From the NCBI GenBank assembly GCA_038087875.1, contig CM075988.1, forward strand, positions 1,426,001 to 1,490,000: a DNA stretch of 64,000 nt. Direction: 5' to 3'. A program made the translations under genes and the position numbers. The notes below the pieces were generated by a model. The model was not told the origin of the DNA. It was given only the letters and a program-made list of their open reading frames with translations, and made no database searches. Below are positions 37,483-50,439 of this stretch, in pieces. Numbering within the stretch: the stretch's first letter is position 1; every line of letters starts with the position of its first letter. The stretch comes from Malacoraja senta (Eukaryota).

Positions 37483-37689
37483 AAGATAGACACAAAATGC
37501 CGTAACTCAGACAGCGTCTTTGGAGAAAAGGAATAGGTGACGTTTCCGGTCAAGACCCTTCTTCATACTGGCAGTCTTAACTTGAAACGTCACCTATTCC
37601 TTTTCTCCAGTCATGCTGTCTGACCCGATGAGTTACTCCAGCTTTTTGTGTTTATCCGGTTTAAACCAGCATCTGCCATTCCTTCCTAT
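37483..37689. mobile_element. Fold-back PLE-derived mini-element (two inverted arms)
   Basis: Minus arm then plus arm; flanking acatagaa(a/c)agtacat duplication at 37467-37482 and 37690-37705. Confidence 0.75.
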
Positions 37690-38940
37690 ACATAGAACAG
37701 TACATCACAGGAACATGGCCTTTGATCCTCAATGTCCGTACCGAACATGATGCCAAGATAAACTAATCTCATCTGTACATGACCATATCACTCCATTCTC
37801 TGCATGTCCATGTGCTGATCTAAAAGTTGCTTGAACAGCATTATTGTATCTGCCTTCATTACCACCCCTAGCAATGCGTTCCAGGCACCCACCACCATCG
37901 GTGTAAAAAGAAAACTTCCACCCCACACACCTCCTTTAAACTTTGTCCCTCTTACCTGAAACCTATTTCCTCTAGTCTTTGATATTTCTACCCTGGGGGA
38001 AAAAGGTTCTGACAGTAAACCCTATCTATGCCCCTCATCATTTTATGTATTTCTATCAGGTCTTCCCATGGCTTCTGGTTCACCAGATAAAACAGCCCAA
38101 GTTTGTACAACCTCTCCTTATAGCTACAGCCTCTAATCCAGGCCGCATTCTGGAAGGATGTGGAGTTTTATGCACCCTCTCCAAATACTGCACATCCTTC
38201 CTGTGATTTGGCAACCAGAACTGCACACAATACTCCAAATGTGGCCTAGCCAGAATACTATAAAGCTGCAATATGAATGTGATTCTTATACTTAATGCCT
38301 GATCGATGAAGGCAAGAATACCATATGCCTTCTTTCCCACTCTATCAATTTGTGTTGCCAATTTAGGGGAGCTATAGACATGGACCCAAAGATTCCTCTG
38401 CACATCAATGTGTTATGGGTCTTGCCATCTACTGTATACTTTCACCCAACATTTGACCTCCCAAAAAGCACACTTGCTTAGATTAAATTCCATTTGTCAT
38501 TTCTTTGTCCATTTCAGTAGCTGATCTATATAGCCGCTGTCTACTTTGACAGCCTTCCTCACAGTCTGTGATCCCAATAATCTTGGTCTCGTCGGCAATC
38601 TTACCCGCTAGTCTACATTTACGTCCAGATCATTTATAAATATCACAAACAACAGAGGTACCAGCACAGATCCCTGCAGAGGTACCAGCACAGATCCCTG
38701 CAGAACTAGTCACAGACCTCCAGTCAGAATAAAGGTCTTCCACCACAACCCTGTGCCATCTATGAATGTGCTAGTTCTGAATCCAAATGACCAAGCACCA
38801 TAGATCCCATGCATCCTAATCTTCTGGAGATAGACACATAATGCTGGAGTAACAGCGGGCCAGGCAGCATCTCTTGAGAAAAGAAATAGGTGATGTTTCG
38901 GGTTGAGAGGTTTACCATGATGACTTTTATCAAATCCCTT
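37690..38940 (-). mobile_element. Old CR1 3' portion
   Basis: ARPHLEYCVQFWLP; 24-bp tandem duplication near 38653-38700; PLE-derived insert at about 38828-38908. Confidence 0.8.
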
Positions 38941-39310
38941 ATAGGAGTCCACACCTGGAACAGTGGATGCAGTAGATGAGGTTGAAGGAGGTGCAAGTGA
39001 ACCTCTGCCTCACATGAAAATATATCTGCTGTTCCAGGTGTGGACTCCTATATATGGGCAGGGCCAAGCACAGACTCTGGGATCGTTTCGCTGAACACCT
39101 TTGCTCCGTCTGCCTAGACTTACGTGATCGCCCGGTTGCTAAATACTTTAACACCCTCCCATTCCCACACTGACCTGTCTGTCCTGGGGCTCCTCCACTG
39201 TCAGAGTGAGGCCAAATGCCAATTGGAGAAACAGCACCTCATATTTCGCTTGGGCAGCTTTACGCCCCAGCGGTATGAATATTCTCTAACTTCAAGTAAC
39301 TCTTTCCCTC
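38941..39310. mobile_element. PLE GIY-YIG fragments in inverted arrangement
   Basis: Minus VRQRFTCTSFNLIYCIHCSRCGLL abuts plus-strand CSRCGLLY.G...HTDLSVLGLLH...QHLIFRLG. Confidence 0.8.
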
Positions 39311-39987
39311 TCTCCCTGCTTTCTGGATGTCCCTTTGCTCACAAGCAACCTGGTGGAAAAGGTTGGTCCTCAATGTTCCAAAGGAAAACTGAGGACTGAC
39401 ATTGTAGATGTATATAAAACAAGGGACAGAGATTGCATGAATGGTCACTGTTTTTTCCAATGAGAGTGGAGTATAAAACTAGAGCGCTTGGGCATAATGT
39501 GAGAGGGACATTTTAATGGGCACCTGAGGGGCAGGTTTTTCATTCAGTGGTAGGTGTGGGTACAATTACAATATTTAAATGAAAAAAAACACAATGCTGG
39601 AGTAACACAGCAGATCAGGCAACCTCTCTGGTGAACAAGGTGATGTTTTGGATTGGGACCCTTCTTCAGACTGAATGTATGGGGATGGGAATGAAAGCTG
39701 GAAGTTAGGGAGGGGGAGAGAGCTCAGAGGTTGAGGCAGTGCAAAGCCTGGCAAGTAACAAGTGGATAAAGGTGTGGGAGGGGTTTTGATTGGCAGATGG
39801 TTGGACAAAGGCCAGAGATGAAAAGACAAAGTGTGAGAGATAGGGATCGGAAAAATATGAATTGTAAAGTCAGAAGGAATATGGGTGGGAGGAGGAGGGA
39901 GAATGAGTGCAAATCCAGGTGGGATACAGGGAAGAGATGGGAGAAAAATATGGGAGAGGAGAAGGGTGGGTAGGTTTGTTTGCAGGT

Positions 39988-41568
39988 TAGTAACCTCCAG
40001 GCACGGAAATCGCGATCAAAATATGGGATATCAAATAACCTACAGCCCTGCCTGGACAGACAGGACACCAGCCTGGAGTAGTGGAGCTAGCGCTGCTTCT
40101 CCGCGCTGGCTGTAAACCTGGGCTGTCGTTCCCATAAGTCCAGGCAGGGCTGTAGGTTAACCTGGCGGGACGGGCAGAGTTGAGCTGGGTTTAGCGCTGC
40201 TTTTCTGCGCTGGCTGTGGGCCTGCGGGTATCACTCCCGTCTGACCCCGACGTCTCTGGCCACCCCTGGGGCGGCATTCGGGTGGGGACAGGGATGGTCC
40301 AGTGGCGTTTCGGCAGCGGTTTCAGCGCCGGAGACCGGGATCGATCCTGGCAGCAGATGAGGCGCAGGTCTGTGTCCAGGGCTGCCGAGAGTGTTTTGGC
40401 ACGTCTCCCTCCTCCAATCACCGCGCTCTATCCTCAGTCCCACCGCCCCACTTCTGCCTCTGACCGACACCTCCCTCCTCCAATGATTGCGCTGAATCAT
40501 CATGTCCCGCTCCGATTACCTGCTGACCGACGTCTCTCTCGTCCAATCGCCGCTCTCGATCAGCAGTCCCACCTTCACTGTCTCGCGGAAAGCGGAGATT
40601 TCATCGGGTTTTAAATCCGGATTACAAAAAATGGGGGGGATCATCCCCCACCTCTCAAAACAGGGGGGGACGTGTGTCCCCTGGCACCCCTCCCCCCTGG
40701 ATTTCCGCCCCTGGTAACCTCCATAATTTTTAGGACAAAGACCCATTATTTATTTAGAAATACTCTTCAGAAGTCGGGTGTGGATTTGTCAATGACCACT
40801 GTCCGCAGAAGACTTCATGAACAGAAATACAGAGGCTACACTGCTGACAAGATGCAAACCACTGGTAAGCTGCAAAAATAGGATGGCCAGGTTACAGTTT
40901 GCCATGAAGTACTTAAAAGAACAACCACAGTTCTGGAAAATGGTATTGTGGACAGATGAGACAAAGATTAATGTATATCAGAGTGATGGCAAGAGCAAAG
41001 TATGGAGGAGCGAAGGAACTGCCCAATGATCCCAAACATACTGCTAAAGCAACAAAGGAGTTTTTCAAAGCTAAAAAATGGTCAATTCTTGAGTGGCCAA
41101 GTCAATTGCCCAATCTGAACCCAATTGAACATGCCTTTTATATGCTGAAGAGAAAACTGAAGGGGACTAGCCCCCAAAACAAGCATTAGCTAAAGATGGC
41201 TGCAATACAGGCCTGTAATAGCATCATCAGAGAAGACACCCAGCAACTGGTGATGTCCATGAATTACAGATTTCAAGCAGTCATTGCATGCAAAGGATAT
41301 GTGACAAAATACTAAACATGACTACTTTCATTTACATGACATTGCTGTGTCCCAACATTATGGTGCTCTGAAATGGGGGGACTATGTCTAAACACTGCTG
41401 TCATTTCTACATGGTGAAACCAAAATGTATAAAAATGGCCTTTATTAAAATCTGACAACGTGCACTTTAACCACATGTGACTTTTTCTATTACAAATCAC
41501 AAATTGTGGAGTACAGAGACAAATAAATAAATGATGGGTCTTTGTCCCAAACATTATGGAGGGCACTG
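39988..41568 (+). mobile_element. Tc1 element, internally deleted; left TIR split by the hAT
   Basis: TTVRRRLHE, LWTDETKI, EWPSQLPNLNPIEH; right TIR ...ttatggagggcactg|TA. Confidence 0.9.
39998..40713. mobile_element. Non-autonomous hAT with 8-bp TSD
   Basis: TIR caggcacggaaatc / gatttccgcccctg; TSD gtaacctc at 39990-39997 and 40714-40721; internal GC-rich repeats. Confidence 0.9.
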
Positions 41569-42029
41569 TAAAATTAGAGAATTTAATCATATCGTTAAGC
41601 TGTAAGCTACCCAAGTGGAATACGAAGTACTGTTCCTCCAGCTTGCATGACCTCACCTAGAAAAAGGTCAGTATGGGATTGGGAAGTGGAGTAAAAATGG
41701 TTAGCAACTCAGAGATACATAGATACATAGATCCGGTAGGCCTTGGCGGTCTGAGCGCAGATATTTGCTAAAATGGGCGCTTGGTGTACGCTTGGTCTCA
41801 CACTTAGGTTGGCTATTTACGCTTGGTAAATGAGGTCACAATGGGAACACTGAATGCAGATGAGATTAGAGGAGTTTGTGAACCTCTTTCTCACCTGGAA
41901 GGACTGCTGGGGTCCACGGATGGAAGTGAGGGAGATAAAGGGACCTCTTTATCTCTGATCTTGTTGAAGTGGCAGAAATATTGGAGAATGATGTGTTACA
42001 AGGATATTATACTATTCTAATTATGTCAG

Positions 42030-43010
42030 ATTATACAATATGAATACAATCCAGCCATACATGAGTCCAATAGATGGTGCTACAGTGTCATAGCGTCACA
42101 GTTACAGATAGTGCAGCTTAAAGAAAAGTGCAAGATCTGTGTTGATCCGTACTGTACCCTAGTTTATGGAAGTACCATTTCGTAGTCTGATATAACAATG
42201 GGGAAGATAATGTTCCTGAATTTAGCCATTTGTGCTTACAATATTTTGTATCTTATGTCTGTGAGTGGGGAGAAATGGGAATGACCGGGTTGAAAATGGT
42301 CCTTGAATATGTTGGCTGCTTTCCTGAGGCAGCAGAAGTATAGATGGAGTTACCGGTGGTGGAGGCTGGTTTGTGTGATGGACATCCCCAACTCACCGTG
42401 GTTTCTTGCCAACTTGGACAAAACTGTTGCCATACCAAGCTTGATTGCATTCTGATAGGATGCTTTCTGCAGTGCATCTCCAGACGTTGGTAAGAATTGT
42501 GGAGATGTGTCAAACTTCCTTGGTTTTCTGATGAAGTAGAGGCATTGGTGTGTTATCTTGGCTGTAGTTTCAATGTGGTTTGTGCAGGACAAATTGTTGG
42601 TGTCATTTACGCCTCGGAATTGAAGCTCTCGACCATCTCTTCGGTATTATTACTGACTGGGGCATATTATTTCCTGAATTTAATATCTGCCTCCTTCTCG
42701 TTTTCCGAAGTTAATAATTGGCTCCATCATCCTGATACCATGTTACTAAGCTATATATCGGTCTCATCATTGTTTGAGATCTGACCCACAACGATGGTGT
42801 TATCAGCAAAGATGTCAATGAGTTAGTACAGAATTTGGTTAGAAGAATCATGAGTGCATAGGTAGTATAGTAAGCGACTGAGAAAGCATATTTGTATGGC
42901 ATTGGTGTTGAGAATTATTGTGGGGGATGTTTTGCCTCCGCTCGCTGATTGTGGCCTACGTGTCAGGAAGGAGAGGATCTCCTTGCAGAGTGGAGGTCAT
43001 GATGCCTTAG
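42030..43010 (-). mobile_element. Old Rex1/Babar RT fragment
   Basis: Decayed FADNTIVVG, HQCLYFIRK and ESILS-like motifs. Confidence 0.7.
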
Positions 43011-43266
43011 TCTTGGAGATGAGTTTTGTTGGAGTTATGTTGTGATAGTGTTTCCATTGTGATGAGAGATTGAATAAGATGGGTTTGTTTTTCAACAGTA
43101 GAGCAGGCTGCGGGGGACCTGACAGTGGTATAGTTAGGATGAAAGAAACGTTTCCCAATGGCGGGGATGACTACGACTAGAAGGCATTGTTTTAAAGTTG
43201 TAAGTGCTAGTTTAGCGGTCTGAAGATGACTCTTTGTCACCTAGAACAGGCTTGCAATCTGTAATA

Positions 43267-43515
43267 TGTAGGAAGGAACTGCAGATGCTGGTTTAAACCG
43301 AAGATAGACACAAAAAGCTGGAGTAACTCAGCCGGACATTCAGCATCTCTGGAGTGAAGGAATGGATGATGTTTCGGGTCGAGACCCTTCTTCAGACTGA
43401 AAGTCATGGGAAAACTTTGTCTGAAGAAGTGTCTCAACCAAAAAAGTCACTCATTCCTTCTCTCCAGAGATCCTGCATGTCCCGCTGAAGTACTCCAGCA
43501 TTTTGTATCTACCTT
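43267..43515. mobile_element. Fold-back PLE-derived mini-element with perfect 16-bp TSD
   Basis: TSD cttgcaatctgtaata at 43251-43266 and 43516-43531; divergent hammerhead motifs at 43368-43395 (-) and 43421-43448 (+). Confidence 0.85.
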
Positions 43516-43577
43516 CTTGCAATCTGTAATACACTGCCTGAGCAGGTGGTGGAGGCAGAGACACCCACAGCATTAAC

Positions 43578-46500
43578 ATAGAAAATAGGTGCAGGAGGAG
43601 GCCATTCTGCCCTTCGAGCCAGCACCGCCATACATTGCGATCATGGCTGATCGTCCCCAATCAATAACGCATGCCTGCCTTCTCCCCATATCCCTTGATT
43701 CCACTAGCCCCTAGAGATCTAACTAACTCTCTCTTAAATCCATCCAGTGATTTGGCCTCCACTGCCCTCTGTGGCAGGGAATTCCACAAATTCACAACTC
43801 TCTGGGTGAAAACGTTTTTTCTCACCTCAGTCTTAAATGGCCTCCCCTTTATTCTAAGACTGTGGCCCCTGGTTCTGGACTCGCCCAACATTGGGAACAT
43901 TTTTCCTGCATCTAGCTTGTCCAGTCCTTATATAATTCTATATGTTTCTATAAGATTCCCCCTCATCCTTCTAAACTCCAGTGAATACAAGCCTAGTCTA
44001 TTCAATCTTTCCTCATATGACAGTCTCGCCATCCCAGGGATCAATCTCGTGAACCTACGCTGCACTGCCTCAATCACAAGGATGTCCTTCCTCAAATTAG
44101 GAGACCAAAACTGTACGCAATACTCCAGATGTGGTCTTACCAGAGCCCTATACAACTGCAGAAGAACCTCTCTACTCCTATACTGAAATCCTCTTGTTAT
44201 GAAGGCTAACATTCCATTAGCTTTCTTCACTGCCTACTGTACCTGCAAGCCAACTTTCAGTGTACAAGGACACCCACATCTCGTTGTACCTCCCCCTTAC
44301 CTAACTTAACCCCATTGAGATAATAATCTGCCCCCTTGTTTTTGCCACCAAAGTGGATAACCTCACATTTATCTATATTATACTGCATCTGCCATGCATC
44401 TGCCCACTCACTCAACCTGTCCAGGTCACCCTGCAACCTCCTAACATCCTCTTCACTGTTCACACTGCCACCCAGCATTGTGTCATCCGCAAACTTGCTA
44501 GTGTTGCTCCTAATTCCCTCTTCCAAATCATTAATAAATATGGTAAACAGTTGCGGCCCCAACACCGAGCCTTGCGGCACTCCACTCGCCACTGCCTGCC
44601 ATTCTGAAAAGGACTCCTACTCTTTGCTTCTTATCTGCAATTTTTTTTAAAAATATTTATTTTATTAGAAGTGTACAAGGATAGAGTAATCGACATAACA
44701 ATGATACAATTTTCATACAGCTTCAGTTTTAACATTTTATAAACTAATAAATGAATCTGAAAAAAGAAAAAAGGAAAGAAGGGAAAGTAAGAAGAAAGAT
44801 ATGAAAAAGAAAGAAGAAAAACCCCTGAACTAACGAAGAAGTGAAAAAAACCCCGGAGATGTATTCCACTACCCTTCCCTACACCCGCTCACCCGACCCT
44901 AGCGTCGGTTTTGAATTTGTGTTCAACCATTCTGTTGTTGAAGAAATTCAATGAAAGGAGAACATGTTTTGGAAAATTGATCTGATTTGTCAGACAAAAC
45001 AAGCCTTATTTTTTCTAAATGTAGTATCTCGGTCATTTCTGTGATCCACATCTTCACTGTAGGAACTGTTATCTTTTCCCAGAATTTAAGTATAAGTTTT
45101 TTCGCAGTTATTAAACTGTAGTCAAGGAAACGTCTTTGGAATATCGTTAACTTATGGTAGCCCTCTGACATTCCTAATATTATTAATTTTGAATCTGACT
45201 CCAATTGAATTTTGAGTGTTTTAGAAATGGCATTGAATATTCCCATCCAGAAATTTTGTATTTTTATACAGGATACAAAATAATGGGTTAGGGTGGCTTC
45301 TTGGAGGTGACATTTATCACAGAGAGGGGGGACAGTTGGGAAGATCTTGTTCAGTTTGGTCTTTGAGTAGTATAGCCTATGTAATACTCCACTCGCCACT
45401 GCCTGCCATTCTGAAAAGGACCCATTCACTCCTACTCTTTGCTTCCTATCTACCAACCAATTTTCTATCCACGTCAACACCCTACCCCAATACCATGTGC
45501 TCTAATTTTAGTCACCAGTCTCCCGTGCAGGACCTTATCAAAGGCTTTCTGAAAGTCCAGATACACTACATCCACTGGCTCCCCTTCATCCATTTTACTT
45601 GTCACATCCTCAAAAAATTCCAAAAGATTAGTCAAGCATGATTTTCCTTTCATAAATCCATGATGACTTGGACTAATCCTTTTACTGCTATCCAAATGCC
45701 CCATTATTACCTCTTTAATAATTGACTCCAGCATCTTTCCCACCACCGAAGTCTGGCGAACTAGTCTGTAATTCCCCGTTTTCTCTCTCGCTCCTTTCTT
45801 GAAATGTGGGATAACATTAGCTATCCTCCAATCCACAGGAACTGATCCTGAATCTATTGAACATTGGAAAATGATCACCAATGCATCCACTATTTCTAGA
45901 GCCACCTCCCTGCAGGCCATCAGTCCCAGGGGATTTATCATCCTTCAGTCCCATTAGCCTTCCCAATACTATTTCTCGCCTAATTAAATTTTCTTTCAGT
46001 TCATCGACCCCCTTAGATCCTCTGTCCTCCAGTACATCTGGAAGATTGTTTGTGTCTTCCTTAGTGAAGACAGATCCGAAGTACCTATTCAACTCTTCTG
46101 CCATTTCCTTGTTCCCCATAATAATTTCACCCGTGTCTGCCTTCAAGGGACCTACATTTGACTTTGCTACTCTTTTTCCCTTAACGTATCTAAAGAAGCT
46201 TTTACTGTCCTTCTTTGTATTCCTGGCCAGCTTCCCCTCGTACTTCATCTTTTCAGCCCGTATGCCCGTTTTGTTTCCTTCTGTTGTCCTATGAAAGTTT
46301 CCCAATCCTCTGGCTTCCGGCTACTCTTTGCTGTGTTATACATCTTTTCTTTAAGTTTTATTCTATCCCTAATTTCTCTTGTCAGTCACGGTTGCCTCCT
46401 ACTCCCCTTAGAATCTTTCTTCCTTGTTGGAATGATATGATCCTGTGTCTTCCGGATTATTCCCAGAAATTTCTGCCATTGCTGTTCCACCGTCATTCCT

Positions 46501-48215
46501 GCTAGTATCCCTTTCCAGTCTACCTTGGCCAGCTCCTCTTTCAATGTATTCATAATCCCCTTTGTTCAGCTGCATCACTGCCACTTCCGATTTAACCTTC
46601 TCCTTCTCACATTGCAGATTAAAACTAATCATATTGTGATCACTACCTCCAAGCAGTTCCTTTACCATGAGTTCTCTTATCAAATTTGGTTCATTGGATA
46701 ACACTAAATCCAGAATTGCCTTTTCTCTGGTCAGCTTCATTACAAGCTGCTCTAAGAATCCATCTTGGAGGCACTCTACAAACTCTCTTTCTTGGGGTCC
46801 CGAACCAACCTGATTTTCCCAGTCTACCTGCATATTGAAATCCCCCATCACCACAGAGGCATTACCTTTGTTACATGCCAGTTTTAACTCCTGCTGCAAC
46901 TTACACCCTACATCCGGGCTACTATTTGGGGGTCTGCAGATAACACCAATTAGTGTCTTCTTGCCTTTGCAATTCCTCAACTCAATCCACAGTGACTCTA
47001 CCTCGTCAGTCCCTATGTCTTCCCTCGCAAGGGACTGAATTCCATTCCTCACCAGAAGAGCTACCCCCCTTCCTCTGCCCACCTGCCTGTCCTTTCTATA
47101 GGATGTATAACCCTGAATATTAAGTTCCCAGACCCGATCCTCCTGCAGCCCTGTCTCGGTAATCCCCACAATGTCATATCTACCAAGCTCTAACTGAGCC
47201 TCAAGCCCATCTACTTTACTTCTTATACTTCGTGCATTGAAATACAGTACTTTTAATTCCTTACGCATCTCACCATTTACATCGATCCCTACTACACTTG
47301 GCCATACTCTCCTATCCCTTTGTGAGCTTTCTTTCCCGTTAATTCTGGGGTCATTAACTATCCCTTTACTCCCTTTCCCTTTAACTCCGTCCTTGACTAT
47401 CCCATTTGACACCCCCCCCTTATTTAGTTTAAAAACACCTGTGTTGCAGTGGCAAACCTGACTGCCAGAATGCCAGTCCCCCACCTGTTAAGGTGCAATC
47501 CGTCCCTTTTGTACAGTTCCCCCTTACTCCAAAACAGATTCCAGTGGTCTAAGAATCCAAATCCCTGCCCCCTGCACCAGTTCCTCAGCCACACATTCAG
47601 GTCCTGTATCTCCCTGTTCCTCTCTCGCCAGCACGAGGAACTGGAAGCAAACTGGGGATGACCACCGTGGAGGTCCTGCTTTTCAGCATTTTTCCGAGCT
47701 CTCTAAAGTCACACTTCAGAATATTCATCCCCTTCTTTCCAACATCGTTTGTGCCAACATGCACTACAACTTCCGGCTGTTCACCTTCGCCCTTGAGGAT
47801 TTTTTGCACTCTGTCCGTGACATCCTGGATCCTGGCACCCGGGAGGCAGCACACCATCCTCGAATCCCGTCTTTTGCCGCAGAAACCCCTGTCCGTACCT
47901 CTCACAATGGAGTCTCCAACCACCACTGCATTGCCTGACGTCGGTCTCCTTGGTTTTGGCTCCACAGCTCTTTTTGCATCGCAAGCCAGTCCGCCGCTCA
48001 ATGTGATAACATCTTCTGTCCCGACAGCTTTTAAGTGGCTGAACCTGTTCACAAGAGGTACAACACCCGGGGACCTGTGCATTCCATGTTTACTTCCGTT
48101 TCTCACTGTCACCCACCTTCCCTCTTCCAGTACCTTCGGTTTAACAATCTTGCTGTAGGACTCGTCGTGGAACGACTCAGCCTCTCGGACGAACCTGAGG
48201 TCATCCACTTGCTTC
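43578..48215 (-). mobile_element. Near full-length CR1: ORF1 (SGNH/GDSL esterase-like), ORF2 endonuclease and RT, tail; interrupted by L1
   Basis: VVVGDSIVRG, CLPGARIQDV, VVHVGTND; LYFNARSI, GITET, MGDFN, GSDH; RT motifs; frameshifted. Confidence 0.95.
44645..45385 (-). mobile_element. L1-clade 3' fragment
   Basis: LHRLYYSKTKL..CDKC....ATLTHYF..C cysteine-rich C-terminus; T-rich tail on +. Confidence 0.9.
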
Positions 48216-48949
48216 TCCATTAAAGAGACATTTTTAACATTAAAGAGACATCTGGACAAACGCTTACATTTCCAAGGTATAGATAATGCAACAAGTGCTG
48301 AAAAACAAAATTTAGTGCGGATAGGCACCTGATGGTCTGCGTGGCAATGGTGGGCTGAAGGACATGTATTTATGCCTTGGACTCCATGAATTATATACCT
48401 ATTTTCTATGTATCTATGTATCTATGTATTTCACCACACATCCTCCTCCACTACTTCTCCAAATGAGTGAAATATCCTTTGCTAGTTTCTAATCTGAACT
48501 TGAAGATCACATCTAGAGTATCGCTTGCAATGGTCTTCGAAGTCTCCCTAGACTTTGATCATGGATGTTTTAATTCTTTTCCATGTACCACGTCTGACAT
48601 CAGGGTTTCTTGTGCGCTGGCAGCCCTCAACTCTGTCCCAATCCATATTCATCCCTTTATTTATCATGCTGCACATTTGATACGAGATAAACAATAATTG
48701 AGAAGATGTTGACATTGATCCCTCTTCTTGGCAACTCTCTTTGATCTTGTGTTAAATCATGAGATGAGCTTTTCCTATGATCCACCCCTCTTCAAGGTTC
48801 TCTGCTGCCTTCTCCATAATGTTGCCCTGTTCTTTCTGTTTCAATTTATCTGACACCTTTTTCCTCTCCTAAACCTTATTGAAAATGCAGCTGCTCAAAT
48901 CTGAAATTCCACCAAGTTCCTTTCATGTACCACCCTGTACATGCTTACC

Positions 48950-49325
48950 TCACGGTGCCTCGGTTAGGCCAGCAGCATAATCAATAAGGACGAGGCGCAC
49001 CCTGGCCACTCCCTCCTCCCCTCTCCCATCAGGCAAATAGTATAGAATGTGAAAACGCACACCTTCTTCCCAGCTGAATCATCCTACCACAACCAGAGAA
49101 AAGTCCTGAACTACCATCTACCTCATTGGTGACCATCAGACTAACATTGATCGGTCTTTGCTGGCTTTACCTTGCACTAAATGTTATTCGCCAATCATGT
49201 GATCTATACACTGTATATGGCTCAATTGTAATCATGCATTGTCTTTCTGCTGAATGGATAACACACAACAAAAGCTTTTCACTGTGCCTAGGTATACATG
49301 ACAATAAACTAAACCAACTGACTAA
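48950..49325 (+). mobile_element. Rex1/Babar 3' end
   Basis: IIKDEAHPGH..LPSG remnant; gacaataaactaaac tail. Confidence 0.7.
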
Positions 49326-49439
49326 ACAACAGCTCCAAGTGCAAGAACAACTTGGTTTTTAAATCCTAATCTCAGTTTTCAAATTGATTTAAGGTCTCCT
49401 CTAACTTTGTTCTACCTTGAAAGCTTTCCTGTTCCCCCA

Positions 49440-50300
49440 CTTGTGGTTTGGTACAGCGCTCCAATGCTGCATCATTTGTGACCGTGTTTATAGTTGCATC
49501 GTGAATCCACACTCATCGCCAAACCTGGCAAGAGGATATTCTGGGAGATCTTGAAGATGAGATCATAAACACGTTCAAGAAAGGAACCAAGTCTGACAAT
49601 GGGAACTCCAGATATCTTTCTGAGCTCCACTACAGGGAGAGTAGTCATCGCTCTCTCCTCCCAGTGGCTTCTCAAATCACAGTGTGAGTTATGTTTATTC
49701 ATCAACACAATTAATGTGATAATTACCTCAAAATTCCAAAACAATTGCAGGGAGTACCACCAGACATGATGGTGTCAAATGACTTTTCTGGCCTTGTGAC
49801 ACCATCAAGCAAAAGTAGTTGTGGAACATCTTCTTCATATCCAGCTCCCATAGAAATTCAACTTCACCTTTCAAATTGATACAGACCAAGTGTGTGTCAT
49901 GATGTTGATTAATGGATCCATTCTCCTGAAGGCCGCTGTCAATCATAGCTGTGTGATAACCTCAATGGTCTTTTCAATATTTCTTGATGTAATGTTGAAT
50001 CTCATCTTCAATAAACTTCCCATGGGAGTCGAGAAAATCGTGAGGACTAATGGAAACTGATTCAACCTTTGCTTCGAACCAAGGTTGCCCAAACATTGTT
50101 GGTATTTAGGCTGGTGCCTGCTCATAGGATGAGGTGCATCATCATCCATACTTTCACCTTAGAGGGTGGGCCATATATTGAACATCTGCAAGACAACGGT
50201 TTTTTTTACCAATCCACCCAATTTACCCAATTCTGGTCATATTTTGAAGGTCTATGGTAAGACCAGGAAGATGCAAATGACATTATATCTTGTTGGCAGA
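49440..50300 (-). mobile_element. Ancient RTE-like RT remnant
   Basis: Weak GxKQG..P.L..IF-like and downstream RTE-like segments. Confidence 0.35.
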
Positions 50301-50439
50301 AACATTCAAAATTAAAAAAAAGCACCAATCCTCTCTTGCAGAATCCTTTAAATTCACTATAAAGTTGTGTCCACATTGGAGTCCTCTCCTGGTCAACATT
50401 CCTGGTCAGCTTTGTCCTAGTCAGTGATGCTGGCAGAGC

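Larger units (their letters stand above)
39585..41990 (-). mobile_element. Old PLE (3' repeat and GIY-YIG remnant) hosting Tc1 and hAT
   Basis: Terminus at 39585-39672; KLEEQYFVFHLGSLQ resumes after the Tc1 at 41570. Confidence 0.65.

Noticed and set aside
38653..38700. 24-bp tandem duplication; also the tail triplication near 29060-29170
   Set aside because: Ordinary slippage duplications within dead CR1 copies
40191..40746. ORFs inside the hAT as a transposase
   Set aside because: GC-driven open frames with no hAT motifs
44923..45480. Novel CR1-L1 fusion protein
   Set aside because: Chance in-frame junction of nested dead fragments, with no promoter or splice evidence
47597..48328. Host or bacterial GDSL esterase gene
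   Set aside because: It is the known CR1 ORF1 esterase-like domain, directly upstream of ORF2 and frameshifted
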